DNA from: Alloascoidea hylecoeti
Lineage: Eukaryota
Assembly (NCBI GenBank): GCA_001600815.1
Contig: BCKZ01000033.1
Span: forward strand, 62,001 to 126,000
Direction of reading: 5' to 3'
DNA: 64,000 nucleotides
Within the stretch, counting starts at the first letter, position 1. Every line of letters begins with the position of its first letter. The position numbers were made by a program, and so were the translations under genes. Below are positions 1 to 11,100 of this stretch, one piece after another. The notes beneath the pieces were generated by a model, which was not told where the DNA came from, did no database searches, and was given only the letters and a program-made list of their open reading frames with translations.

Positions 1-1261
1 AAGCAATATTATTTTCAAATTGATAATTTAGAATTTTTTTTAATTTTAATTTTAATTTTGAAGGTGGTATAATTTGAGAATCAGAAGGAATATATTCATA
101 TTTATGATTATTATTTAATTTTTCAATTGAAGATGAAGTTGAAGTTGTATTTTTTTTTAAAGATTCGAATAAATCATCTTGTTGAGATTCTTCATATAAA
201 TCATAAAAATAACCAGTTGGTATAAATCTAATTTGATGTTTATAATCTCTAATAATTTCTAAATTATTTTCTTCAACAGTAAAAGGATTTATACCAATTA
301 CTCTAACACCAATAAAATAAGAAATAAAACAAAATTTTGGACATAAATCATTAACTAGAACAGTTGATTTTGTATCGGATACTAATTTAGTATAACCAAT
401 ATCCGGATCAATTTTAAAATCAATAGAAGGATAATTTGATTTAAAAGAGTTTAAATCCATATTAAAAGTTTCACGATTCAAACCAAAAGTTGGAGGTAAT
501 TGACAATAATGAGATTTAAAGAGATTTGAGCCTTCCAACAGCGAATAAGGGATTTTAAACTGAAAGAAGATTTTGAATTTAGTTTTTGATTTCAGCAAGC
601 CGTCTCTTGAGAATTCCGTGTGGAAGCCATCTTTATCGACAATATCATGTCTTTTGTCATCAATTGAAGTGAAAGTGTAGCTTGCGTCGTGGTCGACCAT
701 TTGAAGAAAAGTGTTTGTTGCCTTTGTAACGGTGCTGTTGGCAGTGCTGTCAGAGTTGGATGCCGTGGATCTTGTGGGGAGCTCAACGACGGACTTCCCT
801 TCAAAACTGACGTAGAAGTCGCGCAACGGAATATCAGCGGGCGAATTATTCTCAATGAGAACGTAGCCTTTCAGAACATCGCCGTTTGTGTATTCCTTGA
901 CGGTTTTATCGTCGTCGTCGTTCAGGATGACGGATATCTTCAGGGTGGAGCGCAGCTTGAAGGACTGCGAGAGCGGGATGGAGGCGTACTTCTCCTGGGA
1001 GTAGATGGGCCTCAAGGGCTGGGGGGCGATGGTGGTGATGTAGCGAAGTGTGTGGGGGTTGGCGTGGGGGGAGGGGTCCGTGTGGGTGTGGGTGTGGGTG
1101 TGGGTGTGCGGGGAGGGGTCCGTGGGGGCGTCCGTGGGGGCGTCCAGGCCAGGGTCCAGGCCAGGGTCCATCCGCAACCACGTCCACTCCGGCAGCTCCT
1201 CCTCGACCACTATTTTGTCGTTGTAGTAGTAGTCGTCCTTGATGTTGATCACGTTGGCCAT
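1..1261 (-). CDS. Bul1-family (arrestin-like Rsp5 ubiquitin-ligase adaptor), 5' part; runs off window start
   Basis: Not in the ORF track (no stop in window). Hand translation from ATG at 1261: MANVINIKDD...KEYTNGDVLKGYVLIENNSPADIPLRDFYVSFEG...FLQMVDHDASY...FFQFKIPYSLLE...QLPPTFG, matching Bul1_N motifs. Confidence 0.8.
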   Translation of the reverse strand, partial: MANVINIKDDYYYNDKIVVEEELPEWTWLRMDPGLDPGLDAPTDAPTDPSPHTHTHTHTHTDPSPHANPHTLRYITTIAPQPLRPIYSQEKYASIPLSQSFKLRSTLKISVILNDDDDKTVKEYTNGDVLKGYVLIENNSPADIPLRDFYVSFEGKSVVELPTRSTASNSDSTANSTVTKATNTFLQMVDHDASYTFTSIDDKRHDIVDKDGFHTEFSRDGLLKSKTKFKIFFQFKIPYSLLEGSNLFKSHYCQLPPTFGLNRETFNMDLNSFKSNYPSIDFKIDPDIGYTKLVSDTKSTVLVNDLCPKFCFISYFIGVRVIGINPFTVEENNLEIIRDYKHQIRFIPTGYFYDLYEESQQDDLFESLKKNTTSTSSSIEKLNNNHKYEYIPSDSQIIPPSKLKLKLKKILNYQFENNIA

Positions 1262-1402
1262 GCTGTTGCGTTGCGTTGCGTTGCGAGCTGAGGAAAAGCC
1301 ATGCCATGCGAAGCCATGCGAAGTCACGCCGAATTCATGCCAGTTCATGCCACGCCAACGCACGCCCACGCACTGCCACGCAAACCAAAACAGAAACCGA
1401 AA

Positions 1403-1448
1403 TGAGTCAAAGGCGCAGGTTACCCGCCGGTTACCCGCCGGTTACCCG
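1403..1448. promoter_or_regulatory. Gcn4/AP-1 site TGAGTCA plus three tandem Reb1-type TTACCCG sites in a divergent promoter
   Basis: TGAGTCA at 1403-1409; TTACCCG at 1420, 1431, 1442 (11-nt period) between the Bul1-like and bZIP genes. Confidence 0.65.
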
Positions 1449-1637
1449 CACTCGCCCGCCCACATAAAGCCCGTCTCGTCTGCCCTCTTTCTCCCCGGCC
1501 AGTACTCTATATCGTGTCACTTCGAATAGCATCACTCCTCCCTCCCTCCCCAAGCTTCAACCCCGGAACAGAGTTCACGAATTGCACATAGTTCGTCGAC
1601 ACCTCTGCTCTCTTGCCCTTTAGTCCTAAACCGCTAA

Positions 1638-2543
1638 ATACTCTTTTCTGATCGTCTGTCTAGCCCTATTCTAGGTGACACTTCAAAATACAACTACTCA
1701 AATACACAATGTCAAGCATTACTACCACTGCCTACTTCCCTGCCGTGCAGCTCTCCGGACTGCAGAGTATACGGGCCCAGCCCAACGGTGCCAACGGTGC
1801 CAACGGTGCCAACCGACATTGACTTTCTTCTGCCTGAAGAGTTTGTCGATGTCAGCGTACTACCTTGCAATGTTGCCCCTAATGATCTCCTATTGCCCTC
1901 GTCTTCAGAACTTGAACTTGAACTTGGAAACTTGGATTTTTTAAACTCTATTGATATCGAGCCTTTGATCCCTGATGGTCTTTTTTTTGATTCTTTCGTC
2001 CAATCGGATCCTGAATCTAATAATACTCCTTCTTCGTCGTCTTCTACTTCTATCTCTTCTTCTGTTTCTCCCCAAATTCCTTTAATCGAAATTGAAAATG
2101 ACCGTGATGATCATGCAAATTTAAATTTCCAATCAACTTTCAACCCAATTAAAAATCTAAAAGTATCTCCTCCTTCAATCTCAAAATATTCAAAAGCTTG
2201 TCCTCCTCCACCAGAATCTTTACAATCTACTTTAAAATTAAATGTCGTTACTCCTGTCACAATCAATACTGTTATGAATCGTATTAAAAAAAGAAAACGG
2301 AGAAATCAACAAAATAGTACTCCAATAAGTTTAGATGATTGTGCTGATCCAGCTGCTAAAAAAAGAGCTGCCAATACTTTGGCTGCAAGAAAATATAGAA
2401 AACAAAGAGAATTGGAAGTTTCTAAATTGGAAGAACAAGTTTTAGTTTTAGAACAAGAAAAGAATGATTTATCAAGTCAAATTAATTGGTGGAAAATGGA
2501 AGCTAAAAGATGGAAAGATGAAGTTGAAAAGAATTCAAAATAA
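1638..2543 (+). CDS. GCN4: Gcn4/Cpc1-family bZIP transcription factor; start codon unresolved (open frame 1638-2543)
   Basis: DPAAKKRAANTLAARKYRKQR basic region, leucine zipper ending INWWK, acidic/hydrophobic activation-like N-terminus. First in-frame ATG only at 2274. ARKYR also resembles the JlbA/Idi-4 paralog group, so orthology is tentative. Confidence 0.75.
   Translation: MLFSDRLSSPILGDTSKYNYSNTQCQALLPLPTSLPCSSPDCRVYGPSPTVPTVPTVPTDIDFLLPEEFVDVSVLPCNVAPNDLLLPSSSELELELGNLDFLNSIDIEPLIPDGLFFDSFVQSDPESNNTPSSSSSTSISSSVSPQIPLIEIENDRDDHANLNFQSTFNPIKNLKVSPPSISKYSKACPPPPESLQSTLKLNVVTPVTINTVMNRIKKRKRRNQQNSTPISLDDCADPAAKKRAANTLAARKYRKQRELEVSKLEEQVLVLEQEKNDLSSQINWWKMEAKRWKDEVEKNSK
1709..1822 (+). 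promoter_or_regulatory. 37-codon AUG uORF in the leader of the Gcn4-like gene
   Basis: acacaATG at 1709 (A at -3) reads MSSITTTAYFPAVQLSGLQSIRAQPNGANGANGANRH-TGA, out of frame with the bZIP ORF. No other ATG was seen between 1500 and 1708. Confidence 0.7.
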
Positions 2544-3024
2544 ATTTAATCGTCAAAGTTTTGTATCTGTTTGATTTTTATTAATATTTTTTTTATTCAT
2601 AATTATTATATTACCTTTAGAAATTTTTTATACATTATAATACTATTATTTATTATCTTCTAGAGTAGTTTTTCATATTCTGCATGTTTATGCATATAAG
2701 TACTTTGTATGAGTCTTATAGATTTCCCAAAGGATCAATGTGCATGTAGTGATAGATTAGATTAGATTAGATACTGAGAAGTTATTATCATCTCTAATCA
2801 AAGCACATAGTCTTTATTCTTGAATCCAGTAGTACCCACAATAATAAACTTACCTCTCTTAGGATTTCTAACGACTTGTCAATTTTTTTTTGATTCAAAC
2901 TTCTCATACACTTCATATTTGAATTCTTCGATTTGAGGAACTATAACAAGTAACAAGGGATTAATTAAACTTAATTAGAAACTGTTAAATTTATAGAACT
3001 ATCTCTTTGGCTTTATTTTAGGTA

Positions 3025-5282
3025 TAAAATCACTTCCACTATATTAAAGAACCCAATAAATAGTCATATGACGAATCAATCTTAACGCTTCGAATTAATT
3101 TTCGCAATGATGAGGGTAAAACCAAAAGTTCCACCATTCAAAAACAAGCGTTTACTAAAACAACTACTAACATCACAAAATGTTTTGAATTCACTAGTTA
3201 TTTTGAACATCTTATATTACTAAGCTCTCCTGATTTTTTTTCAACACTTTCTTCTATTATAGATTCATAGTTAGAGGGTTTACACCTAACTAACTACTAG
3301 ATTTTCATTGAAAAGAATGATTAATTAGTATCTATAATAATATACCAGTTGTATGATATGCATTTTAAACTTTCTTAATTATTAATTGTCATATGTACTT
3401 GAACTTAAATTCCCACTCTTCCTCTCTCTTATACCATTTAGCAATAGCGTTATGACCATAACAAAGTCTGATTACGAATTAGCATGCAAGAAGTTGTTTG
3501 AAATTAGAAGTAAACTCAATGATATTTTAAAGCTAAATTCTATGAGGGTAGAAGATATTTTTCGCTATTATAAGGAAACACAATCAATTGTGAGAGCTTT
3601 GTTACTTAAACGCTTCATAAATCCAAATTTAAATACACAACAATCACAAACAGAAACAGAGAAAAAAGAGGATAAAAAACAAAATGAGTCAAATCCAGAA
3701 GAAGTCCGAGAACTATTTAATAAGTATATAAAAACAATTGATGATACTCTTCTGTTATTATCTGAAAGTTTTATATTTGTTGGAATGAACGATCATATAG
3801 CTGCTCAATATTCTAGTCTTTTAACAATTAAAAGAATGCTTGATCAAATAAAAAGGACACCAAGAACTTATAATATTGAAACAATTTCGCCAATAAAATC
3901 CAAACTCACTGAAATAAAAAATATTCTTGATAATTATGATATTGAGAAAGCTGTTGAAAATGAAGATGATCTATATATGATGCTTAATCACAGATTTCAA
4001 GATTGTACTGAAACTTTAAATCTAGTTGAAAATGATTATCATAATATTGCAATACCCAACATTGACAAAGCTTTTTTACCTCTCATCTATTCCTTATTAA
4101 ATATAAAATTGAAAATAAATACTCTTTCTTCCATTTCTGTGAATATTCCTTCACAAAGAATGATTCGACTCTCATCACAAATACCTGATGATCACAAAGA
4201 GAAAGCAATGGTATTATCATTAGAGAATAAACTTATTACATTAAAAACATCTCTACTCAAGTTAAAGACTAAAGTAATTAAGACTCGATCTCTTGATTCT
4301 ACTGAACCAGCTTTAAGAGGTGATGCAATAATGAATTCCCTTATGAATGATTGTGAAATTAAGTTTAAAGATTTTTGTACAATCAAGTACACACACATAC
4401 TTAATTATAAAGAATGGATGGATGATAATTTGATACCATTGTATGACGAATTGGTGAGTATAAAATATGCTCTAGATACATTATTTATAGTTGATCGTTG
4501 GAAAATAGATAAAAAAAAGCTAGCCGATTTGTTATCCTACCAAAAAAGGGTACAAATATTTTATCTTAAGTACATTTTAAACGACAAGTGGGGTGCTACA
4601 AAAGATCAACCTTTAAAAGGTCAAGAAATTGTCTCATATATTATTGCACGATGTTTTTCCTTGATCAGTAAAATATTAGAATCAAATAGACCAGTTTCAG
4701 AGCATTTGAGTCCTATTTATGATCAACTTCAGTTAATCAGGTTTAACTTAATTAAATGGAGAAGTTTTCCAAATAATTTGGTGACTTCATTTATTAATCA
4801 ATCTGAATTTGATAATTTGTGGGCAGTGGGGGGACTTAAAGCAGAATTAGAAAAAATTAACAAGAGTAGAGTCGATACAAACTTCTTAGCTTACGATGGA
4901 TCAATTCCGTTGGGCCAGGATGTAGTTAATGCAGTATTAGATGAATGCCTTAATATTGCTGAAAATGTAACAGTACAACAATGCCGGTCCGTATAAAGGA
5001 TGATAACTAAATCTGATGAAGATGAAGATAACTGGGAGCTTAGATATTAATCGAGAAGTAAACAAGACAGAAGAATAGTTTCGTAAAAGATTTAATAAAA
5101 ATGAGGAAATTAATAAAATATTTGTAATTGAAATAGTACCTTTCAATACGATAGTTATGTTTAAATGCAGAAGATGAAAATTTCAGCACTCTTACAGAAA
5201 ATGTGATGGTGCACATCACTAAAACCACTTCCATTATATATCAAAAAGTAGACAAATGGCTTAACGCTTCAAATTAATCTTC
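3025..5282 (+). repeat. Diverged direct repeats (3025-3103 and 5220-5282) flanking DUF2408 copy 1
   Basis: taaaatcacttccactatat...cttaacgcttcgaattaattttc versus taaaaccacttccattatat...cttaacgcttcaaattaatcttc. Confidence 0.6.
3452..4996 (+). CDS. DUF2408/UPF0662 (Cub1/YPL260W-like) protein, copy 1, 514 aa
   Basis: Motifs LIPLYDELVSIKYALDTLFIVDRW, KGQEIVSYIIARCFSLISKILESNRPVSEHLSPIYDQL, DGSIPLGQDVVNAVLDEC. First ATG at 3452. Confidence 0.8.
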   Translation: MTITKSDYELACKKLFEIRSKLNDILKLNSMRVEDIFRYYKETQSIVRALLLKRFINPNLNTQQSQTETEKKEDKKQNESNPEEVRELFNKYIKTIDDTLLLLSESFIFVGMNDHIAAQYSSLLTIKRMLDQIKRTPRTYNIETISPIKSKLTEIKNILDNYDIEKAVENEDDLYMMLNHRFQDCTETLNLVENDYHNIAIPNIDKAFLPLIYSLLNIKLKINTLSSISVNIPSQRMIRLSSQIPDDHKEKAMVLSLENKLITLKTSLLKLKTKVIKTRSLDSTEPALRGDAIMNSLMNDCEIKFKDFCTIKYTHILNYKEWMDDNLIPLYDELVSIKYALDTLFIVDRWKIDKKKLADLLSYQKRVQIFYLKYILNDKWGATKDQPLKGQEIVSYIIARCFSLISKILESNRPVSEHLSPIYDQLQLIRFNLIKWRSFPNNLVTSFINQSEFDNLWAVGGLKAELEKINKSRVDTNFLAYDGSIPLGQDVVNAVLDECLNIAENVTVQQCRSV

Positions 5283-5609
5283 ACACTTCTCAGTCAAAAT
5301 CTAGAACACAATATTTTATGCATTTCCGCAAAGGAGAAACTTTCTTTGGAACATGTGTCAAAGGGCATTGAAAGAGAATGAAGATATCCTGCCTAGGTCG
5401 GTAGGGGAAGGCAGCTTTTGCCTAATTTGCGCGTCCTATCTTGCTTACTATATAGTGCCATATAAGATTGAGACAATAAAGCTCAAAATTAGACCTCAAC
5501 CAGGAGAATTGCCATTGGCTGAGGTATCGGAAACTGTACCATCACGATCTGTACGATCACGACAACGGACCATTTAAGTCCCAGCCTTTCAAGCTTCTCA
5601 CACTAAATT

Positions 5610-5763
5610 ATCAACTTTGCTTATACTGGCGCTACGTTCAACCCTGACAATTATAAATATTTATCGTTACCCGCTGTCATTCTTTGTGTCCAACATGTTG
5701 TAGTTTTCTTGTTATAAGTCACAAACTAGACTGGTTTATGTTAATTTTCATGTTTGTGGTTTA
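5610..5763 (+). pseudogene. Fragment paralogous to the 3' end and 3'UTR of the GPI-type gene at 54650-55036
   Basis: Reads ATFNPDNYKYLSLPAVILCVQHVVVFLL* versus ATFNSSDYKYSSLAAAIACVVVVFML*. Downstream ctggtttatgttaat...ttcatgtttgtggtttat is shared. In-frame TAA at 5604 upstream. Confidence 0.7.
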
Positions 5764-6275
5764 TAATACTCCAAATAACTCTAACAGTTTACTATACGTA
5801 GTTAGTAATTACACAAATAATAAAGATAAAAACAAATAATATATTTCATTTCTAAATAATCTTTTTCGATAACCTATTTAGACTCTTTAATAGTTGCAGC
5901 AACCTATTACTTATTCTATGTTAAATAATACAACAGTGCTACTTGCTAAAAATATAATTATAAACATGCAGTTGATGCATTGGGATATCAGAGAAGTTTG
6001 AGACTGCTCTCTTACAAGCAACTGTTCTCTAATTATGCGGTGCTGATATATATATATATAAACTATGTCTTTTACACTTTTGTTAAATAGTTCTGCTTAC
6101 TTTGATATATTTTCAATATCTATAATCAAATATCGTCAAACCTCAGTCATACGATAGTTATAGACAGAAGCAGATTTCCAGGTTCAGATAGAATTTTAGA
6201 AATCACAATTTGAATAGATACTTCTTATTGCAAATAACTACACGTACACAAAACATTACTTAAAGACAGTCCAAA

Positions 6276-6860
6276 ATGTCAGAAAATAAATTCCTTGTCC
6301 AAGACACAAAGCTTGAAGAATACTCTAGTTCATTTGATATGAATGTTAAAACATTAAAGCTCAAGTTTGAAGAGGTTGAAGGAAGAATGATGTCCTTGGT
6401 CAATAAGCAAATAAATGAATCAAGAATTCGAATTTTAAACGCTTGTTGGTCGATATTGGTTACATTAGAAACCGAATATCAGAGCGGGATTAAAGAAATT
6501 TTAGATAAGATATCATCAATCATTAATAAAAGTGTTCCAACATTAGATTCAGCAATGTTTGTTAAGCACAATGTTTCTCAATTTACTTCACCTACCAACT
6601 TTTATTATGAACCAAGAAAAACAATATACTTATCTCGTTCTACAACATAAGGTATAAAGTTATATGGTACGGCTCACCGAAATTGTCGCACATAAAACTT
6701 TTCAACTACATGGCAAGAATTGTGATTCTGAGTCTTCCATATATTATAAAGGTGAACAAACATACCTAATGCTTATATCTCTGTCAAAATAATGGAATCT
6801 TGTAGATCCGGATATAATTGATAATATGATATTGATTCTCGTAGGCCGCCTGTGGGGTTA
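6276..6860 (+). pseudogene. Degenerate coiled-coil plus possible GCR1_C-like (Msn1/Hot1/Crypton-related) gene
   Basis: 124-aa ORF ends IYLSRSTT*. Shifted frames continue YKVIWYGSPKLSHIKLF, TTW, KNCDSESS, reminiscent of the GCR1_C pattern LSR..W..G.P.I...W. Confidence 0.35.
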
Positions 6861-7239
6861 AAGGCAAGCACGAAGTATTAAGTTTACAATTTCAATTTAT
6901 ATATTAAAATAAGAATTACGGAACACTATATACCACTTTAGGAACAGTTTGAAAGCTTTGCACTATTTATCGAGTGTTCAATAGGTGGTTATAAAATGCC
7001 ATTGTTCTCGGTGGGGTGTTAGAAAAAGATCCCAACATTTGAGTTAAGCCGAAATAAGTAAGTAAACTGAAAAAGAAGATAGAAAAACTCAAGATAAAAA
7101 AGAAATTGATGGACTTAAATTAGTGATACTACGAGCATAAGGGGTATATAGGAGCTAGAGTACAATATGTTATTAATCATTTCCGTGAAGTAGAATTGGA
7201 GGTGATGATATTAATAAAAGAGCGGAAATTGATAATATT

Positions 7240-7450
7240 TTATTTTTTTGTTTGAATTTGAATTTCCTTTATATTGGAATAGTTTACGTAATTCATTCTA
7301 TATAATATATAAAAAATAAGAGCAACTTCCCGCCCCCGCCCCCCCTTTTTTATATAGAACACTTTTGCTGTGTGATCAGTTTGAGAGTTATATTAGAAGC
7401 ATATTAATTAAGATTGTAATTTAACTCTTTTCTCTTAACGTAAAGACTAT
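7240..7450 (-). repeat. Dispersed ~200-bp repeat, inverted copy at about 18945-19150
   Basis: Reverse complement shares tctttacgttaagagaaaagagttaa, gcaaaagtgttctata and caaattcaaacaaaa in the same order. Confidence 0.75.
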
Positions 7451-8146
7451 AATCGTGTCAAACAATTCTAATTTCTATCAGTTAAAAAGGTCATCTTATA
7501 AGCAAAGTAATGGTCACAACGTCGTAGTTGTAAATGTAGAACAAATTGATTATTAATAGAAATTTAAACATTTAGAATTATATTCTTTTGTATATGATTT
7601 AAAAAGTGTAGATTTTTTTCCATTACCAACGCAATTATTATTTGCATCGTTTATGGAATGAAAAAAAAACACAAACCTCAGTCCAAATAATATGATCATC
7701 ATTTAGTATATCTATGTATAATAAATAGCTACACAGTCGTCGGGGATATGTTCATGCCATTATGTTACTTCATGGTGTTTTATTATGATACCAAAAAGAT
7801 TCAAAGATAAAAGGAAATTACAGTGTGCACTATGGTTTTGGAATGTATCAAAGTTATTCTTAAAGAAAATAGAGAAAATCTATTCGTCATAATTGGAGTT
7901 ATAGGAAATATTGAGATTAGAGAATTATAGGGTAAAATATCACGCATTGTCCTGAGAGAAGTATAGAAGAAGAAAGTATGTAAGCTAAAGGTTGATTTCA
8001 CATTTTTATAAAAGTATAGCAATAATAAATGTAAAATAAATAATACAAAATAAAAATACAATATAAATATAATAAAGAAAAGATAATAATAGAAACAAAT
8101 ATTAATAAATATACAAATATAAATAGAAAAAAAAAAAAAAATTCTT

Positions 8147-11100
8147 TTAGGGTCGACAAATATCTGCCATTATCCAATCAATTGCCGTTGTCATTATTGA
8201 TATAACATTATCAATATAATTTCTATAATCAGGAATTAAATTCCCTTCATCGCCATTTGATTTTACGCTTTCACGATGAGATAAAATTTCTTGTTTTAAT
8301 GTTTCATGACTTTTTAGTGTTGTATAATCAGCAATCATTTGTTCTAATTCATTACCATTTTTTAGTTCTTTAACTCTTAAATCAAATGAATTTCTAAATG
8401 AGCTTGTATCTGAAATTCTTGATCGATTTGTTGAATTTCGAAATGAACTTGTATCTGAAATTCTCGATTGATTTGTTCTTTCAGTAATACTACCTCTAAT
8501 TAAAGTTGATTGTCTTTTTTCATAATCTTTAATTAAATCTGAACCATTTGAAATTCTTGAATCTTTTAAAGAATTTCTATAATTATAATTATAACTTTGT
8601 GATCTTGATCTTTGATTATTATTATTATTAGTAGTAGTAGTAGTAGTAGTAGTAATACCATTTAAATTATCATATAGTCTTAATAATTTATTAAAAATAA
8701 ATGATAATTGTTTTAAAAGTAATTTTTTTGTAACTACTAATTCTAATGGTAATAATATATCATCTAATGATGAAACAAAATAAACTAATAAATTTAATGA
8801 ATTTTTATGTTCATTTGAATTTTGAATTTTTTCGAAATCTATTGTTGAATCAATAAAATAAACAATTGTATCAACTCTATCCATATCAATTCTACAATTT
8901 TTTAAATTTAAAATTAATTTTTTAATAATTTTATCTTTATCTAAATCATCAAGATTTGATTTTGAATTTGAATTTTGTTGTTGTTGATTTAAATTTGATT
9001 CAGGTTTTTTAATTTGATCTTCATTTTCATCAATTTTGTTACTTTTATTACTTGAATTATCAATACATGTAATAATAGATGATTCAATTGAACTATAACT
9101 TGAATTTTGTAATGAATCTCTTGTACTTGTTGCTTCAACAACAGGACTTTGTTCTTCAGATGTTGTTATATTATATTGATTATTTGTTGAATTTCTTATA
9201 GTATCAATCTTTGTAACATGCTTTCTTTCAATTTTTGATTCACTTCTTGTTTCATTTAAAGTTTCATCAATAGTTTCATTTCTTAAAGGAGTTGGTAAAG
9301 AAACTGGACGTTTTGGATCATTTGGATTTGTAATTAAAGAAGGTAAATTTGAAAAAGGTTTTGAGATTAATAATGAAAATCTTTTTCTATTTTTTGGATT
9401 CATAACATAATCATCACTTGATAAACTTTCAGAACAAATACTTTCTTCTAATTCAATTGAAATATCGATTGAATTTCTTTTTTCATTATTATCATTATTA
9501 TCATTATTATCATTTCTTGATTTATTTTTTAATCTTAACCAAACTCTTCTTCTTATAAATGAATGAAAAATTAAGTGATCATCTTGTGTATCATTACTTC
9601 TTGGTGTTGATAAAGTTGAATAAATCCAACCTTTTTCATCAACATCCAATGTCATATTAACATACCATTTATTATATTCTAATTCCCATGATGGATCTGG
9701 TAATGGTAATAAATTTATATCAGATAAAGCTTTATCTAATTCAAAATATGAACTTGAACCAAAATGAGGTTTACCAACAAAGAAAAATCCACGTTGAGTT
9801 TCAACTAAAATTTCAAATGTTAAATCATTTATTGTTGTATCATCAGGAATTGAAATTTCTTGAGGATGTTGAATACCATTATTACTAACATGAAATGGTA
9901 ATGATTCTTCTTCATTTGTTTTTTGAGATGGAATAGTTTCTAAATTTTCAGTTGAATTTGGATTTGAATTCGCCAAAGAATTTTCAATTACATCTTCATC
10001 CAATACATTTTCAATTGAATTTGATTCTGTTGGTGACAAATGAGAAACAGCATCACAATAAACACTAAAATCCATTGAATCACCACTACTAAAACTTTCA
10101 TTTGTAAAACTTTCCCTTTCAGGTATATTTAAATCATCAAAATTTAAAATATCATCATCATCATCATTACTTTTAATAATAATAATACTTTTTGAAGAAT
10201 TTAATTCATCATTATCAAATTGATAATAATTTTCATTTTCATTTTCATTTTCATTTTCATCATCAAAATCATCAGTATTTTTTTCTAAAATTTTATCGAA
10301 TGATGAATCAATTGAATCTAAAGAATCATAAGAAATTAATTGTTTTTCATGATTAAATTTTAAATTTTTTGGTTTTTTATTATTTTTATTTGAATTTAAA
10401 AATGAAAAATGTGATCTTGATGTAACTAAATTTTTTGAAGAATTTAAATCTGATGATTCTAATTGTAAATTTTTTGTAATTTCTTGAATATTTAATTGTG
10501 ATGATTTATTATTTAATGGACTTAAATCTAATAAACTTTTTCTTGATTTAATATCAAAATTAAAAAATGATGATAAATGTGATGAAGAATTTGAATTTTT
10601 AATTGTTGTTGGTGTTGGTGATGCTTGAGATTGAGATTGTGATGGAGATGATTCTGTTGAAGATTTTTTATTTTTAAAACTTAAAGATTTATATCTACGT
10701 ATAAAACCTTTTCTTTTATCTTTTATATTTGTTGGATGCTCTTTATCAATTGTTAAATCAACAAGTTCTGAAATATTTGAATTTAAAATTGGTGTTTCAA
10801 TATTTTTTAAAGATTCTGTTGTTAATTCATCAATTTCATTATCATTAAATAAACTTTCTCTATTTGAAATATTTGATTTATCAATTGAATTTGCAATTAT
10901 ATTCAAATTTAAATTTAAATTTGAATCTTGAGTTTGTGTTGATAATCTTTTAGTTACATCTCTTAATCTTTTTTCAGTATTAAAAATATCTAAACCTCTT
11001 AAAGATTCTCTTGATTTTGAATTTTTAAGTGATTTGCAACGTAATAAAAATTGTTCTTTTTGTGACATTTCTGTTGTATCTATTGGTTTATCCCAATCAG

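Noticed and set aside
689..1307. 200-aa plus-strand ORF and 133-aa minus-strand ORF
   Set aside because: Shadow and alternative frames of the GC-rich Bul1-like 5' end; the real frame starts at 1261.
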